Below are positions 20,001 to 28,240 of a stretch of 64,000 nucleotides of DNA, one piece after another (the stretch's first letter is position 1; each line of letters starts with the position of its first letter). Source of the stretch: Candidatus Helarchaeota archaeon (GTDB lineage Archaea > Asgardarchaeota > Lokiarchaeia > Helarchaeales > RDOG01); NCBI GenBank assembly GCA_029838215.1, contig JALGVI010000002.1, forward strand, positions 1-64,000, read 5' to 3'. The notes beneath the pieces are model-generated. The model ran no database searches. It was not told the origin of the DNA and worked only from the letters and a program-made list of their open reading frames with translations. The position numbers and the translations under genes are program-made.

Positions 20001-20811
20001 CCTTATCATATGTTGGAATTAGTGGAAATTCCATTGCATTACCTGTTACATACATTCCACGCTCATCTACTTCAGATTGGGATGGAACAACATTAGGGGT
20101 AACTCGAAGCCATGGCGCAATCGTCACATCGTTCTCGGAATTGTCTAAATCCTGCATCGTGCCTTTATCGTCATAAGGCCAATTCCAAGATTGATAAAAT
20201 AACTTCAAATGCTCTTCACTCTGTGGTTTGAGTTGAAAATTAATATTTATTGGCTTTCCATCAGTTGTTATGCTAAAATCAAAATTTTGGTGGATGGTCG
20301 ACTTCGCAAATGGTGAAAGATCAATTTCATCATTCACTCCATCATCATCATTATCGAAATCCCAAGCGTTTTCGATTCCATCTCCATCAATATCAAGTGA
20401 ATAAATCCCCTCAACCTCGAAGTAGTCGGGAAGTCCATCCATGTTAGTATCCACGATTAGGGGATCCAATCTATTGTTTATCTCATAAGTGTCATTTAAT
20501 TGATCAAAATCAGAATCGGAATTATTATAATCGGTACCGATGACCCATTCAACCGAATCGTACAATCCGTCTCCGTCAGTGTCTGTTTTATCTACCGTTG
20601 CGTTTTGCAATTCTTCAACAAGGTTCTTTAGGGAGTATGGTTTTCTCGGAGGATCCATGTAATTCTGAGTTTCCAACGGTTCTATTACGTTAGTAGAAAA
20701 ACGATTTTGTATTCTCATTCCTAAATCTAAGATTTGTACACCTGCAGAAATAAGAAAAAGTGATATAATCACGAAACAGATTAGATTTTTAACAGATTTT
20801 TCCAAAATCAA
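14008..20811 (-). CDS. Giant (2267 aa) membrane-anchored surface protein: TSP3-like Ca-binding repeats, fascin-like trefoil, internal hydrophobic region, NHL-like propeller, C-terminal TM, duplicated cytoplasmic domain
   Basis: N-terminal hydrophobic signal; three clusters of D(T/S)DxDG..D..E repeats; many N-x-S/T sequons; TM YWTAIIFAIIFLPFLFIAIMGIYLAY followed by a basic stop-transfer segment. Confidence 0.85.
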   Translation of the reverse strand: MILEKSVKNLICFVIISLFLISAGVQILDLGMRIQNRFSTNVIEPLETQNYMDPPRKPYSLKNLVEELQNATVDKTDTDGDGLYDSVEWVIGTDYNNSDSDFDQLNDTYEINNRLDPLIVDTNMDGLPDYFEVEGIYSLDIDGDGIENAWDFDNDDDGVNDEIDLSPFAKSTIHQNFDFSITTDGKPININFQLKPQSEEHLKLFYQSWNWPYDDKGTMQDLDNSENDVTIAPWLRVTPNVVPSQSEVDERGMYVTGNAMEFPLIPTYDKGKIVAFQGSFYYPEKASMTLDLQVELIWKVTGYTDLPALALNASNGNIVAIRDDGVLVANATEANDGMLQWIDLGENKIALKVQNGLFITVMGNGILASNASSIGDAETFTANRPGNQISLRAHNGNYVTVGANDLLVANTGTETWFTEIDQGYAPDQTPLTTYTEPFMLTGFGVEENYNCNGSIFYHEDRNQTMAANMFMINAFTFNATTILDDMPALLIENNVTIHNQSNFTFDDNYEAITYMCNEMIPDALSSFSGSQIVPLIMATEEASKMVDMIDTLAVNTSIMDDSWAVDFTGEDLLITKSLKMNFYNSSTFVALNFSEVMDEIETWGLVDNATSTLEIMMLRWYTGITQTTRVGGIALNFTPPKSSERDIVNAVALTGLNALFLIATAVLTYQAYRFLASLLDVPVKVLVSSRVGVSSLRSLSTLGAASGTTKLTRALQFLTKSHVLDVIGVLIGIGLSIWAGVQIANAIGGRLGREMGAAYGIAGSIVAIVYGIVLAVLFQSVIGAVIAIAIIILDLIFGFSSKLTKWLAQVLFGSPHDYHHAEPDTQVEGPLETRTFDWDENGLDVGDRIELTAHLIGKIEGKGESKTLQSGSWNVPWISIDAPDGSGSTTSMNLEHSLDNNAYNWHTQTTLLNRTHTDPYGRTKKVDKYDSAAWIEPGISMINFPVKLQIASRYKLMQQWYHYPVWYFGFKCWHTDWQRGKTPAEDLNTLYYDVMPGNLNDFLNWGVITENDRDGDGLNDTYETSLGLTNVLRYDTDADGLNDKYELDIGTDPQSADTDEDALLDGHEMIYGCDPKNSDSDNDGIYDWLEVSGWVISFNYSGQVFEMRVFSDPTNNDTDGDGVDDETEYWSGLNPRSSDTNGDGEEDVGIPITEKCGVLDHVVNIENDVPDFIANASELAVDANGSVYVPVQNGTSNDYFILKLDSNLTYLDNWSLSFKPGKVVVDDVNEYLYVENLTGDSFSRFYLNGTLMNGSLAVGTKPITGVDVDSSGHLYVARFNPGSSIAQIDKYFSNGTLSSTYGSYGSNPDQFDNLGAIAVDDTNEVLYALDGDRIVKLNSSDGEYIATLPNGYQNMIDIATDVNGMVYVLDHFDPGIGEGCVRKFDHNGMEDRNFVLTNSSNSPPWDLIHYPMRLAISQNVTNTSYYVLEQPTLNNSNPNILKFHENVTLVPREINGSLYDWDADELGNLEEILGWSITWKNNMTIYNLDVNCSPFMIDTDFDGLSDYEEFLLRSHPWNPDTDGDGLSDAYEYEIGTNLTNDDTDEDGLSDSNELLIGSNPYNKSDTDGEGLSDLIEFQLGSNPASNDTDNDGADDLLEYTGNSFNNSSLLLPDTDDDYLLDGLEYALNCDPRDQDTDDDGLMDGDELVHNTNATLSDTDDDGLLDGMEVDLWLNPLNNDTDGDGLTDAIELEWGSNPFVNDTDYDGVPDGDDVDTVTNFTEPIILCYEDDPDGYNAQFAANFTEANNVTVVSYENFTANHTNAQFIVLVGRPDPSNDTLGGLMYELLSDTGDELTAMMDNATRHFTVRRGVWIETQTVVMVSRAYFLDVNRVVKYLKDMNVTKTSSSYVIEYQTTPIMHNDTNYLYGMVIDEIDTVKATDTILSITIGNWSRPTIHVSRYVDFTGLQGNSGIPMIESSRTLRFHSLADWTMRSLGTYVQVDVTANGTALTQVQDAILIIMYTEADLDRDGNGVITDPWDINENTLQLYYFDETTGLWIKISADLDWVIDYGINTTDFELYGESYAGFIWIEMAHLSLFSVAGVEYMPYWTAIIFAIIFLPFLFIAIMGIYLAYREIDKRSKKRIIKKSRIKDATTRPMDNVILEMRGKKMVIKFDLTTELGPSAKGKTILVANSKGGRRIEGTDISFGLIAYKYPEQHRFKAKQKREFYNIDVQVEGDIVKLTIDITKDFGLSSTGKSVIIASSRGNQPIEGTYILFGLNVYKKRKTTIPQSTKKPKANIVEEFPSQYKIKEFHDLFDWALRRRGKK
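15660..16440 (-). repeat. Intragenic protein-level repeats: C-terminal cluster of DTDxDGLxDxxE (TSP3-like) units
   Basis: More than 10 consecutive D(T/S)D(x)DG(L)xDxxE...G.(D/N)P units. Other clusters at ~17365-17785 and ~20310-20590. Coordinates approximate. Confidence 0.8.
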
Positions 20812-20968
20812 ACACCAGCACGATATCGTTAATCAACCATTCATGAAAAAATAAGATAAATTTGGGCATTAGCTTGACTTGAAATTATTAAGCAGTAAAA
20901 ATTTTTAAAACTTGCTGTCGGGTGTTTTGGCGTGAACCCATACCTACAAATAGGGAAATCTTCTTTAT

Positions 20969-22201
20969 CTACGATTGTAAACAGGTTTCTATTTCTTCTT
21001 CTGCCTTGATTCGTTTTATTTCTTTAATAAGTGCAGGAATGATCTTGTGTAAGTCGCCAACAATACCATAATGTGCAATTTCAAAGATTCCAGCGTTTGG
21101 ATCCTTGTTTATGGCGACAATTATGTCGGAGCCTTCGATTCCAACGCGATGCTGAATAGCGCCCGAGATTCCGCACGCAATGTATAATTTTGGAGCCACG
21201 GTTTTTCCTGTTTGTCCGACTTGTTGTTCGGGGTCAACCCATCCCAACTCTACTGCAACTCGAGAACCACCGACTTCCGCATTTAGAATTTTAGCGAGGT
21301 CTTCGATGATCCCGAAGTTTTCCTTACTACCAACGCCTCTTCCACCCGATACGATTATTCTTGCGTCTTCAAGGTTAATTTTTTTCTTTTCCCTAGAAAT
21401 AATCTTCACGATTCTTGTCAATAGATCTTCTTGCTTTATTTCGGGATGAATCGTCCTGATTGTTGCTTTTTTTTCGGTTTTGGAGGGAATTTTGAAGATT
21501 CCAGGTCGAACGGTGCTCATCTGCGGTCGGCTATGTGGGTTTTTTATCGTTGCCATGATATTCCCTCCAAAGGTCGGGCGGGTTTGTAACAGGAGCGTTC
21601 GGGTTTCAGGATCGATGTCAAGACCCGTGCAGTCGGCTGTTAGACCCGTATTGAGTTTTTTAGAAACTCTAGGAGCAAAATCACGTCCCATGGGCGTTGC
21701 ACCAATGATGACGATTTCGGGTTTATGTTCATTTATGAGATTGGTGATGATCTTGACGAATAGTTCTGAGTGATAATTTTTTAGTAATGGATGTTCGATG
21801 TAAATTATTTCGTCCGCGCCGAATTGTGCGAGGTCTTCCAGCACTTCTTTTAAATCATGTCCCAATGCCAAGACCGTGAGTTTAACCTCGAGCTTGTCTG
21901 CAAGTTCGCGACCCTTCCCCATGAGTTGATAGGATACGGCGTGAATTTTACAATCACTCTGTTCTGCGATTATCCACACGCCTTTATATTGAGAAAGGTT
22001 CAATTTTTCCACGTCTACTTCTTCGCGTTCAATCGTGATGGCATTAACGGGGCACGCATCTACACAAGCACCGCAGAGGTTGCATTCGCCAGAGATTTCG
22101 GCTTTTTCATTTATGATTTGAATGCCTCCGTATGGACAGACCTCCACGCAACTGCCACAACCCATGCATTCTTCATGATTTACCTTTATTCCCATTTTCA
22201 T
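20969..22201 (-). CDS. etfA: Electron transfer flavoprotein alpha subunit with N-terminal 2x[4Fe-4S] ferredoxin domain
   Basis: CMGCGSCVEVCP / CNLCGACVDACP; TGLTADCT, RPTFGGN, VSGGRGVG, QVGQTGKTVAPKLYIACGISGAIQH. Confidence 0.96.
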   Translation of the reverse strand: MKMGIKVNHEECMGCGSCVEVCPYGGIQIINEKAEISGECNLCGACVDACPVNAITIEREEVDVEKLNLSQYKGVWIIAEQSDCKIHAVSYQLMGKGRELADKLEVKLTVLALGHDLKEVLEDLAQFGADEIIYIEHPLLKNYHSELFVKIITNLINEHKPEIVIIGATPMGRDFAPRVSKKLNTGLTADCTGLDIDPETRTLLLQTRPTFGGNIMATIKNPHSRPQMSTVRPGIFKIPSKTEKKATIRTIHPEIKQEDLLTRIVKIISREKKKINLEDARIIVSGGRGVGSKENFGIIEDLAKILNAEVGGSRVAVELGWVDPEQQVGQTGKTVAPKLYIACGISGAIQHRVGIEGSDIIVAINKDPNAGIFEIAHYGIVGDLHKIIPALIKEIKRIKAEEEIETCLQS

Positions 22202-22204
22202 GCC

Positions 22205-23020
22205 TCACAAGACTTTATCATCCTTCAATTTTTTGCATAATTCTTGAACCATCTCTTCGATCGTTCCGGAAAGCAGGACGTGTTCTCCTTTTTGTTCGGG
22301 AACGAAAATTTTCCATACTTGTGTTTGAGAGCCGTCCAGTCCGATTTTTTTCTTATCAGCATTCAAGTCTTCGGCATTTAGGACTTGAACGGACTTCTGC
22401 TCGTATGCTTCGACGATTCCCGAAATTGTGGGATAACGCGGAACGTTTAATTCTTTTAATACGGTGATGAGTGCGGGTAATTTCGTTTCCAAGACCATTA
22501 TTTCTTCAGTTTTAAATACACTTTCTGCAATGATTTTATTATCCAGTATTTCGATTTTTTGCACCAGCGTGATCTGCGGAATGCCCAATTCTTCGGCTAA
22601 TTCAGGTCCGACTTGAGCGGTATCGCCATCGATAGCCTGAGCCCCGCAAATCACCAGATAATTTTCATCGACTTTTGTTTCTTTCAGGATTTTTTTAATT
22701 CCCATTGATAGTGTATAGGAAGTTGCGAGCGTGTCAGCACCTGCAAACGCCCTATCAGAGAGGAGAAATGCTTTATCGATACCCATTGCCAGGGCTTCGC
22801 GGAGTGCTTCTTCGGCTTGTGGCGGACCCATACTAATAACAATCGTTTCAGCACCAAATTGCTCTTTTAATTGGAGTGCCAATTCGATTGCATTTTTATC
22901 CATTGGATTTATGATGCTGGGTATCCCTTCCCGGACGAGCATTCCCGTCTTGGCATCGATTTTTACTTCAGTTATTCCGGGAACTTGTTTTATGCACGTG
23001 ATTACTTTCAAAATCGCCAC
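22205..23020 (-). CDS. etfB: Electron transfer flavoprotein beta subunit
   Basis: CIKQVPG, INPMDKNAIE, SMGPPQA, FAGADTLATS, GAQAIDGDTAQVG. Confidence 0.96.
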   Translation of the reverse strand: MAILKVITCIKQVPGITEVKIDAKTGMLVREGIPSIINPMDKNAIELALQLKEQFGAETIVISMGPPQAEEALREALAMGIDKAFLLSDRAFAGADTLATSYTLSMGIKKILKETKVDENYLVICGAQAIDGDTAQVGPELAEELGIPQITLVQKIEILDNKIIAESVFKTEEIMVLETKLPALITVLKELNVPRYPTISGIVEAYEQKSVQVLNAEDLNADKKKIGLDGSQTQVWKIFVPEQKGEHVLLSGTIEEMVQELCKKLKDDKVL

Positions 23021-23023
23021 ACC

Positions 23024-24214
23024 TCAGAATGCGCCTCTTAGGAGATGACTTGCAATAACCATTCTTTGGATTTCGGATGTTCCTTCATATATTTCGCCCA
23101 TTTTTGCATCTCTGAAGTATCTTTCGACTTGGTATGCTTTCATCAGACCGTAACCACCGTGGACTTGAACTGCAAAATGAGTTGTATTCATGGCAGCCTC
23201 GCTCGCCACTAATTTAGCCATTGCAGATGCCAATCCATAGGGTTTTCCGTGATCGCATAAATATGCGGCTTTATAAGTTAGGAGACGTGCGGATTCAACG
23301 GCAACACCCATATCGGCAATCTTCCATTGGATTCCTTGGAAGCGACTGATTTTCCGTCCGAATTGTTCTCTTTCATTGGCATATTTTATTGCAGATTCCA
23401 ATGCGCCTTGTCCGAGTCCGACGCATTGTGCCGCAATCAAAATGCGTCCGAAATCTAAAATCTTCAAGACAATTCTGAAGCCATTTCCCACGCCGCCAAG
23501 AACATTTTCCTTCGGGACTCTAACGTCCTGAAATACGAGTTCAGAGGTATTTGATGCTCTAACCCCCAATTTGTCTTCTTTCACGCCAACGGAGAACCCA
23601 GGGGTTTCCGTATCAACAATGAATGCCGTAAATCCTTTTCTTTTTTCTTTACCAGTCTTAGCTGCGACAATAAGAGTTTTTGCAATCCCTCCGTTTGTGG
23701 CAAATATCTTGCTTCCGTTTAATACCCACTCATCCCCATCGAGCACGGCACTTGTTTCAACAGCAGAAGCATCGGATCCCGCATTGGCTTCAGTGAGGGC
23801 AAATGCACCCAATTTTTCCCCTCTTGCAAGTGGAACGAGAAATTTTTCTTTTTGTTCTTCCGTTCCAAATTTAAAAATTGGATAAGCCACGACGCTACAA
23901 TGCACGCCGACAGTAATTGACCACGAAGCATCAACTCGTCCTATTTCTTCGACAATTATGGCAAAACTAGTGGTATCGTCGTGCAGTCCCGCTCCTCCGT
24001 ATTCTTTCGGAATGCATACGCCGAAGAAATTCATTTTTTTCATCATTTCGAATACTTCAGGGTTTAACTGGGAGTTCCTATCACTATCTTCAGCCACGGG
24101 TGCGATATACTGTTCAACAAATTCTCGCGTGATACGTCGAATCATTTTTTGCTTATCATTTATTGAAAAATCCATGATCATCATCAGGTAAGTAATTTTT
24201 TCTTCTTTTCTCAT
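23024..24214 (-). CDS. Acyl-CoA dehydrogenase (butyryl-CoA/short-chain type)
   Basis: GAFALTEANAGSDA, LNGSKIFATNG, KLGVRASNT, RIL..AQ..GLG, REQFG, IYEGTSEIQR (catalytic Glu). Confidence 0.95.
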   Translation of the reverse strand: MRKEEKITYLMMIMDFSINDKQKMIRRITREFVEQYIAPVAEDSDRNSQLNPEVFEMMKKMNFFGVCIPKEYGGAGLHDDTTSFAIIVEEIGRVDASWSITVGVHCSVVAYPIFKFGTEEQKEKFLVPLARGEKLGAFALTEANAGSDASAVETSAVLDGDEWVLNGSKIFATNGGIAKTLIVAAKTGKEKRKGFTAFIVDTETPGFSVGVKEDKLGVRASNTSELVFQDVRVPKENVLGGVGNGFRIVLKILDFGRILIAAQCVGLGQGALESAIKYANEREQFGRKISRFQGIQWKIADMGVAVESARLLTYKAAYLCDHGKPYGLASAMAKLVASEAAMNTTHFAVQVHGGYGLMKAYQVERYFRDAKMGEIYEGTSEIQRMVIASHLLRGAF

Positions 24215-24285
24215 TGAAAAAATTGAATATTTTAGATCTTCTGTAACATGATAGATATTTAAGGAATGCTTCCAGATGTCATCAA

Positions 24286-26235
24286 TTGATTTATAGATGT
24301 TTTATCTCAGATTACTTATCGGTGAATGTTCCAATGCCCGAGTTCGTGGTGACGTTTCAACCAGAAGGTAAGCGCGTAAAAGTGAAGGATGATCAAACCA
24401 TCTTAGATGCCGCACGGATTGCGGGTATTGATCTCATATCCGTTTGTGGGGGAGCTGGTACTTGTGGCAAATGCAAAGTCATCTTGAAAGAATCTTCATC
24501 TATTAGTGAAATATCGAATAAAGAGCGGGATCTTCTTTCAAAGGAAGAAATCAACTCAGGAATTCGGTTGGCGTGCCAAACCAAGATTCGCAATCATGTC
24601 GTGATTCGCGTTCCAGAATACAGTAGAACAGGCAAGCAACGGCTTCAAATTGAAGGAATTGAAACATCAATAAAAGCGGACCCAACCGTGCGAAAGATAT
24701 ATCTTGAATTGAGTGAACCGACACTCGATGATTTGAGGTCGGATGTTGACAGGATTAATGAAGGCATTAGAACACGATTGAAAACAAATAATCTAAAGAT
24801 TGGTTTAGAAGTCTTGAATGATCTTAGTGAAATCACTCGAAATTGTGAATGGAAGTTTACCGTGGTTCTATGGAATGGTGAGATCATCTCGCTCGAACCG
24901 GGTGATACTCGACGACACTTGTTTGGATATGCCGTTGATATTGGGACAACTAAACTTGCGGGTTATCTTGTAGATCTAAATTCAGCCAAGGTAATTGCAG
25001 CGGGCTCCTTGTTGAACCCACAAATACCTTATGGTGAAGACGTGATCTCAAGGTTAAACCATCCCGAAAGGAACATGTTACACGAAATCGTCATTCAAGG
25101 TATAAATTACATTCTTGATGATCTCATGGAAAAAACAGGGATTTTAAGGGAAGAAATTTATGAAATGGTCGGTGTTGGGAATACAGTCATGCATCATCTA
25201 TTTCTAAATCTAAATCCAAAATACTTAGGTCGAGCTCCTTATCCACCCGTCATTCGTAATTCTCTCGCCATTGATTCAGGACAAGTTGGAATAAACATCC
25301 ATCCTCAAGGAAAAATATTCTTTCTTCCGGTAATCGCAGGTTTTGTTGGGGCAGATACTGTAAGCGTCATCCTCGCTTCAGAAATTTATAAAAGAAAAGA
25401 GATATCTTTGGCCTTAGACATCGGTACCAATACAGAAGTGGTTCTCGGTAATCAAGATAAGATGCTGACCTGTTCGTGTGCCTCAGGTCCAGCATTTGAA
25501 GGCGCACACATCAAGCACGGCATGAGGGCGGCAAGTGGTGCAATTGAAAAAATTTCAATAGATCCAGAAACCCGAAAAATATCATTCTCAACAATTGATG
25601 GTGACCCGCCAATTGGGATTTGTGGTTCAGGAATGATCGACATCCTGGCCGAAATGCTCATTGCGGGAATAGTAGATGTAAAAGGGCGATTCAACAAGGC
25701 ATACAACTCGCCGCGAGTTCGAATTGGACAAGATGGAATTGAGCTTGTTGTCGTGCCTGCAGAAGAAAGCGGAACCCAAAAAGACATAACATTCTCTCAA
25801 AAAGATGTCAGGCAAATACTTCTTGCAAAGGCAGCAATGAACACCGGAATCACGATTTTAATGAAACATTTCAACCTGACAAAAGATGATATAAAGAAGT
25901 TGTTCATTGCCGGTGCATTTGGTTCTCACATAAACGAGAAAAGTGCAAGGACGATTGGTCTTCTTCCTGAAGTGGACTTGAATATCGTGGAACCCATTGG
26001 TAATGCAGCAGGAACAGGGGCACGAATGTGTTTGGTTTCTCGTGAAGCCAAGACTATCGTCGAAAGCATTTCAGAAAGGGTAACTTATGTTGAACTTGCC
26101 ACGGATCCTGACTTCCAAAGTGCATTCCTTAACGCTAATTTCCTTCCGAACTCGCGTTTGGAGGATTATCCAGAAACCTCTCAACTCTTAAAGCGATACG
26201 GGAATTTTCCTGAAAGACTTCCGCCGAGGTTTTAA
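24286..26235 (+). CDS. RACo/DUF4445-type ASKHA ATPase with N-terminal [2Fe-2S] domain (corrinoid reductive activator); likely start Met at 24334
   Basis: CGGAGTCGKC..RLAC; DIGTT, YGEDVISR, GFVGAD, DIGTNTE, CSCASGPAFEG, GICGSG, AGAFG, GNAAGTGA. Confidence 0.92.
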   Translation: MIYRCFISDYLSVNVPMPEFVVTFQPEGKRVKVKDDQTILDAARIAGIDLISVCGGAGTCGKCKVILKESSSISEISNKERDLLSKEEINSGIRLACQTKIRNHVVIRVPEYSRTGKQRLQIEGIETSIKADPTVRKIYLELSEPTLDDLRSDVDRINEGIRTRLKTNNLKIGLEVLNDLSEITRNCEWKFTVVLWNGEIISLEPGDTRRHLFGYAVDIGTTKLAGYLVDLNSAKVIAAGSLLNPQIPYGEDVISRLNHPERNMLHEIVIQGINYILDDLMEKTGILREEIYEMVGVGNTVMHHLFLNLNPKYLGRAPYPPVIRNSLAIDSGQVGINIHPQGKIFFLPVIAGFVGADTVSVILASEIYKRKEISLALDIGTNTEVVLGNQDKMLTCSCASGPAFEGAHIKHGMRAASGAIEKISIDPETRKISFSTIDGDPPIGICGSGMIDILAEMLIAGIVDVKGRFNKAYNSPRVRIGQDGIELVVVPAEESGTQKDITFSQKDVRQILLAKAAMNTGITILMKHFNLTKDDIKKLFIAGAFGSHINEKSARTIGLLPEVDLNIVEPIGNAAGTGARMCLVSREAKTIVESISERVTYVELATDPDFQSAFLNANFLPNSRLEDYPETSQLLKRYGNFPERLPPRF

Positions 26236-26272
26236 ATTTGGTCTCTTAAAAAAGAGGTATAAAATCATCACG

Positions 26273-28090
26273 TTATTTTTTTAGAAAATCTTTGGTAAAT
26301 GCATCCCAAGTATTTCTTCTCACTTCTTTTCTCGTCATTTCTTCCTTCAGAATGAATTTTCGGATTCTTTCATCTGCGGTTTTCGGCAATTTTTCCTTGA
26401 ATTCGATATATCTTGGAACCATGTAATATACAACCACCCGCAACAAGTAATTGTAAAGATCTTCATGGTTCAAGATGCCTTTTTCCTTTAGCACGACACA
26501 TATCTTGATATCGTCTTCTTGGGTGGTTTCATTATGCAAGCCAATAGCTGCACTCTCAAGGATAAATGGATGTGCATTTAGCACTTTTTCGACATCATTT
26601 GGTGACAATATCTTATTTTTCTTCCGAATCACGTGTTCTTTACGTCCAATCATATAAAAATAACCGTCATCGTCTTTATAACCATAATCACCCGTGTGAA
26701 ACCATCTACCACTATCGAAATTCAGAGCCTGTTCCTCAGGTCTATTATGAAATTCGACTATAAATGGAAGTGTTGCCCTAGAAACGATTTCACCAACATT
26801 GTTAGGGCCAGGTGGTAATTCGTTCCCTGATGAGTCAATTATTTTCATCTCAAATCCGGGAATGGGTGTCCCAATGGAGCCAATCTTTCCACCACTCGAA
26901 CCAACCTTGTTTAATGTCATTCCCACGGCTTCCGATAGCGTCCATCCTTCGTGAACTGCAATTCCAAAACGATGCTCAAAAATCTCCCAAATCTCCTTGT
27001 ATGCTTCAGAACCGAGAGCCCATTTAATGGAGTGATTTCGGTCTTTCTCACGTGCAGGCTCGTTGAGTAATTCGGTTAGTATTCCAAGCTTGTAAAAAAG
27101 AATCGCGGGCTTGTATTTCTTCACGTCTTCCCAGAATGTTGATGGCTTGAATTCCCTTGTTATGATTACTGAAGAATCGTAAAACAGCGTCGGGAGGATG
27201 ATCAGGATTTGAGTGATGGGATGAAAGAGCGGCAATGGACAATAAGTCTTCACGTTATCTATTTCAACTATTTTCTTCAATTCATTCACGATGATCAAGC
27301 CCGCCAAGACCAAATGATTCATGACCGTGATGCCTTTAGGTCTCCCAGTAGTTCCCGCCGTATACATGATTTCCATTCGGTGCATGTCCCTGACTTTGAA
27401 TTTGGGAGGATCTGCACTTAAAATGTTGATTTTCTCATAATCCACGTAACGATCAATAAATTTGAAATTCTTGGGAGCACCTTTTATGATGATCTTCTTG
27501 AGTTTTGTGAGTTTCTTGCTGATTGTCTTGAATTTATCAAATAATTGATAATCTAGTATTAAGATCTCAGCATTGCAATCATTAATCATGAACGCCAAGT
27601 CTTCATCTTCAAGCAAATAATTGATCGGGACGAAAATACAACCAGCTTTCACGATGCCAAACCAACAAAATAAGAATTCGGGTGAATTCGTAAACATTAA
27701 TGCAATGTTTGTCTTTTTCATCCCCATCTCCTTGAGCAATTTCAAGATACCATTGGCAATTCGATTTGAATTTTCATGCAAGTTCTGATAACTGATGTTT
27801 CCTTCCCGGGAAAAAAGAAATATCTTCCTTCCGTTTTCACGGGCTTTTTGTTCCACGAGTCGAGACAACGTGGCATTCTTTATACCATATGAATTTATCA
27901 AGTCAGTGATCTCATCAATTTTTGAAATCTTCATTGAATTCCCAGTGAGTTCAATATCAACGTCTTCTTTATGGTTGAAAGGAAAAGAACTATCCTTGGA
28001 TAACTTACTAGGGATGTAAATCCATACCGTTTCGTATTTGCCGCCACCAGTTTTTCGGAACATCACCTTGCCGCGACCTTTCTTTCTCAT
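26273..28090 (-). CDS. Acyl-CoA synthetase-like (AMP-binding, CaiC/DitJ-like) protein with N-terminal AbrB-like swapped-hairpin domain
   Basis: YTAGTTGRPKG, LPLFH, WFHTGDYG, FYMIGRK, LPKT. The first ~58 aa (YETVWIYIPSKLSKDSSFPFNHKEDVDIEL) resemble archaeal AbrB/SpoVT. Confidence 0.82.
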   Translation of the reverse strand: MRKKGRGKVMFRKTGGGKYETVWIYIPSKLSKDSSFPFNHKEDVDIELTGNSMKISKIDEITDLINSYGIKNATLSRLVEQKARENGRKIFLFSREGNISYQNLHENSNRIANGILKLLKEMGMKKTNIALMFTNSPEFLFCWFGIVKAGCIFVPINYLLEDEDLAFMINDCNAEILILDYQLFDKFKTISKKLTKLKKIIIKGAPKNFKFIDRYVDYEKINILSADPPKFKVRDMHRMEIMYTAGTTGRPKGITVMNHLVLAGLIIVNELKKIVEIDNVKTYCPLPLFHPITQILIILPTLFYDSSVIITREFKPSTFWEDVKKYKPAILFYKLGILTELLNEPAREKDRNHSIKWALGSEAYKEIWEIFEHRFGIAVHEGWTLSEAVGMTLNKVGSSGGKIGSIGTPIPGFEMKIIDSSGNELPPGPNNVGEIVSRATLPFIVEFHNRPEEQALNFDSGRWFHTGDYGYKDDDGYFYMIGRKEHVIRKKNKILSPNDVEKVLNAHPFILESAAIGLHNETTQEDDIKICVVLKEKGILNHEDLYNYLLRVVVYYMVPRYIEFKEKLPKTADERIRKFILKEEMTRKEVRRNTWDAFTKDFLKK

Positions 28091-28240
28091 GGTAAGTCAG
28101 CCCCAATTTTACGACCAAATTAGAGAAAGTGAATTCTCACAGTTTGGTAATAATTTATGGTAATAAGGCAACAATTTTAAATATTCCTCCATCAGAATCT
28201 CAAACAGATTCACTTCTAAATTTCATGAAAAAATCGGTGA

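Noticed and set aside
15660-20590. CRISPR array or DNA tandem repeat (recurring tcatc/ccatc/gtatc words)
   Set aside because: These are codons of DxDxDG protein repeats; there is no constant-length DNA repeat with spacers and no cas genes.
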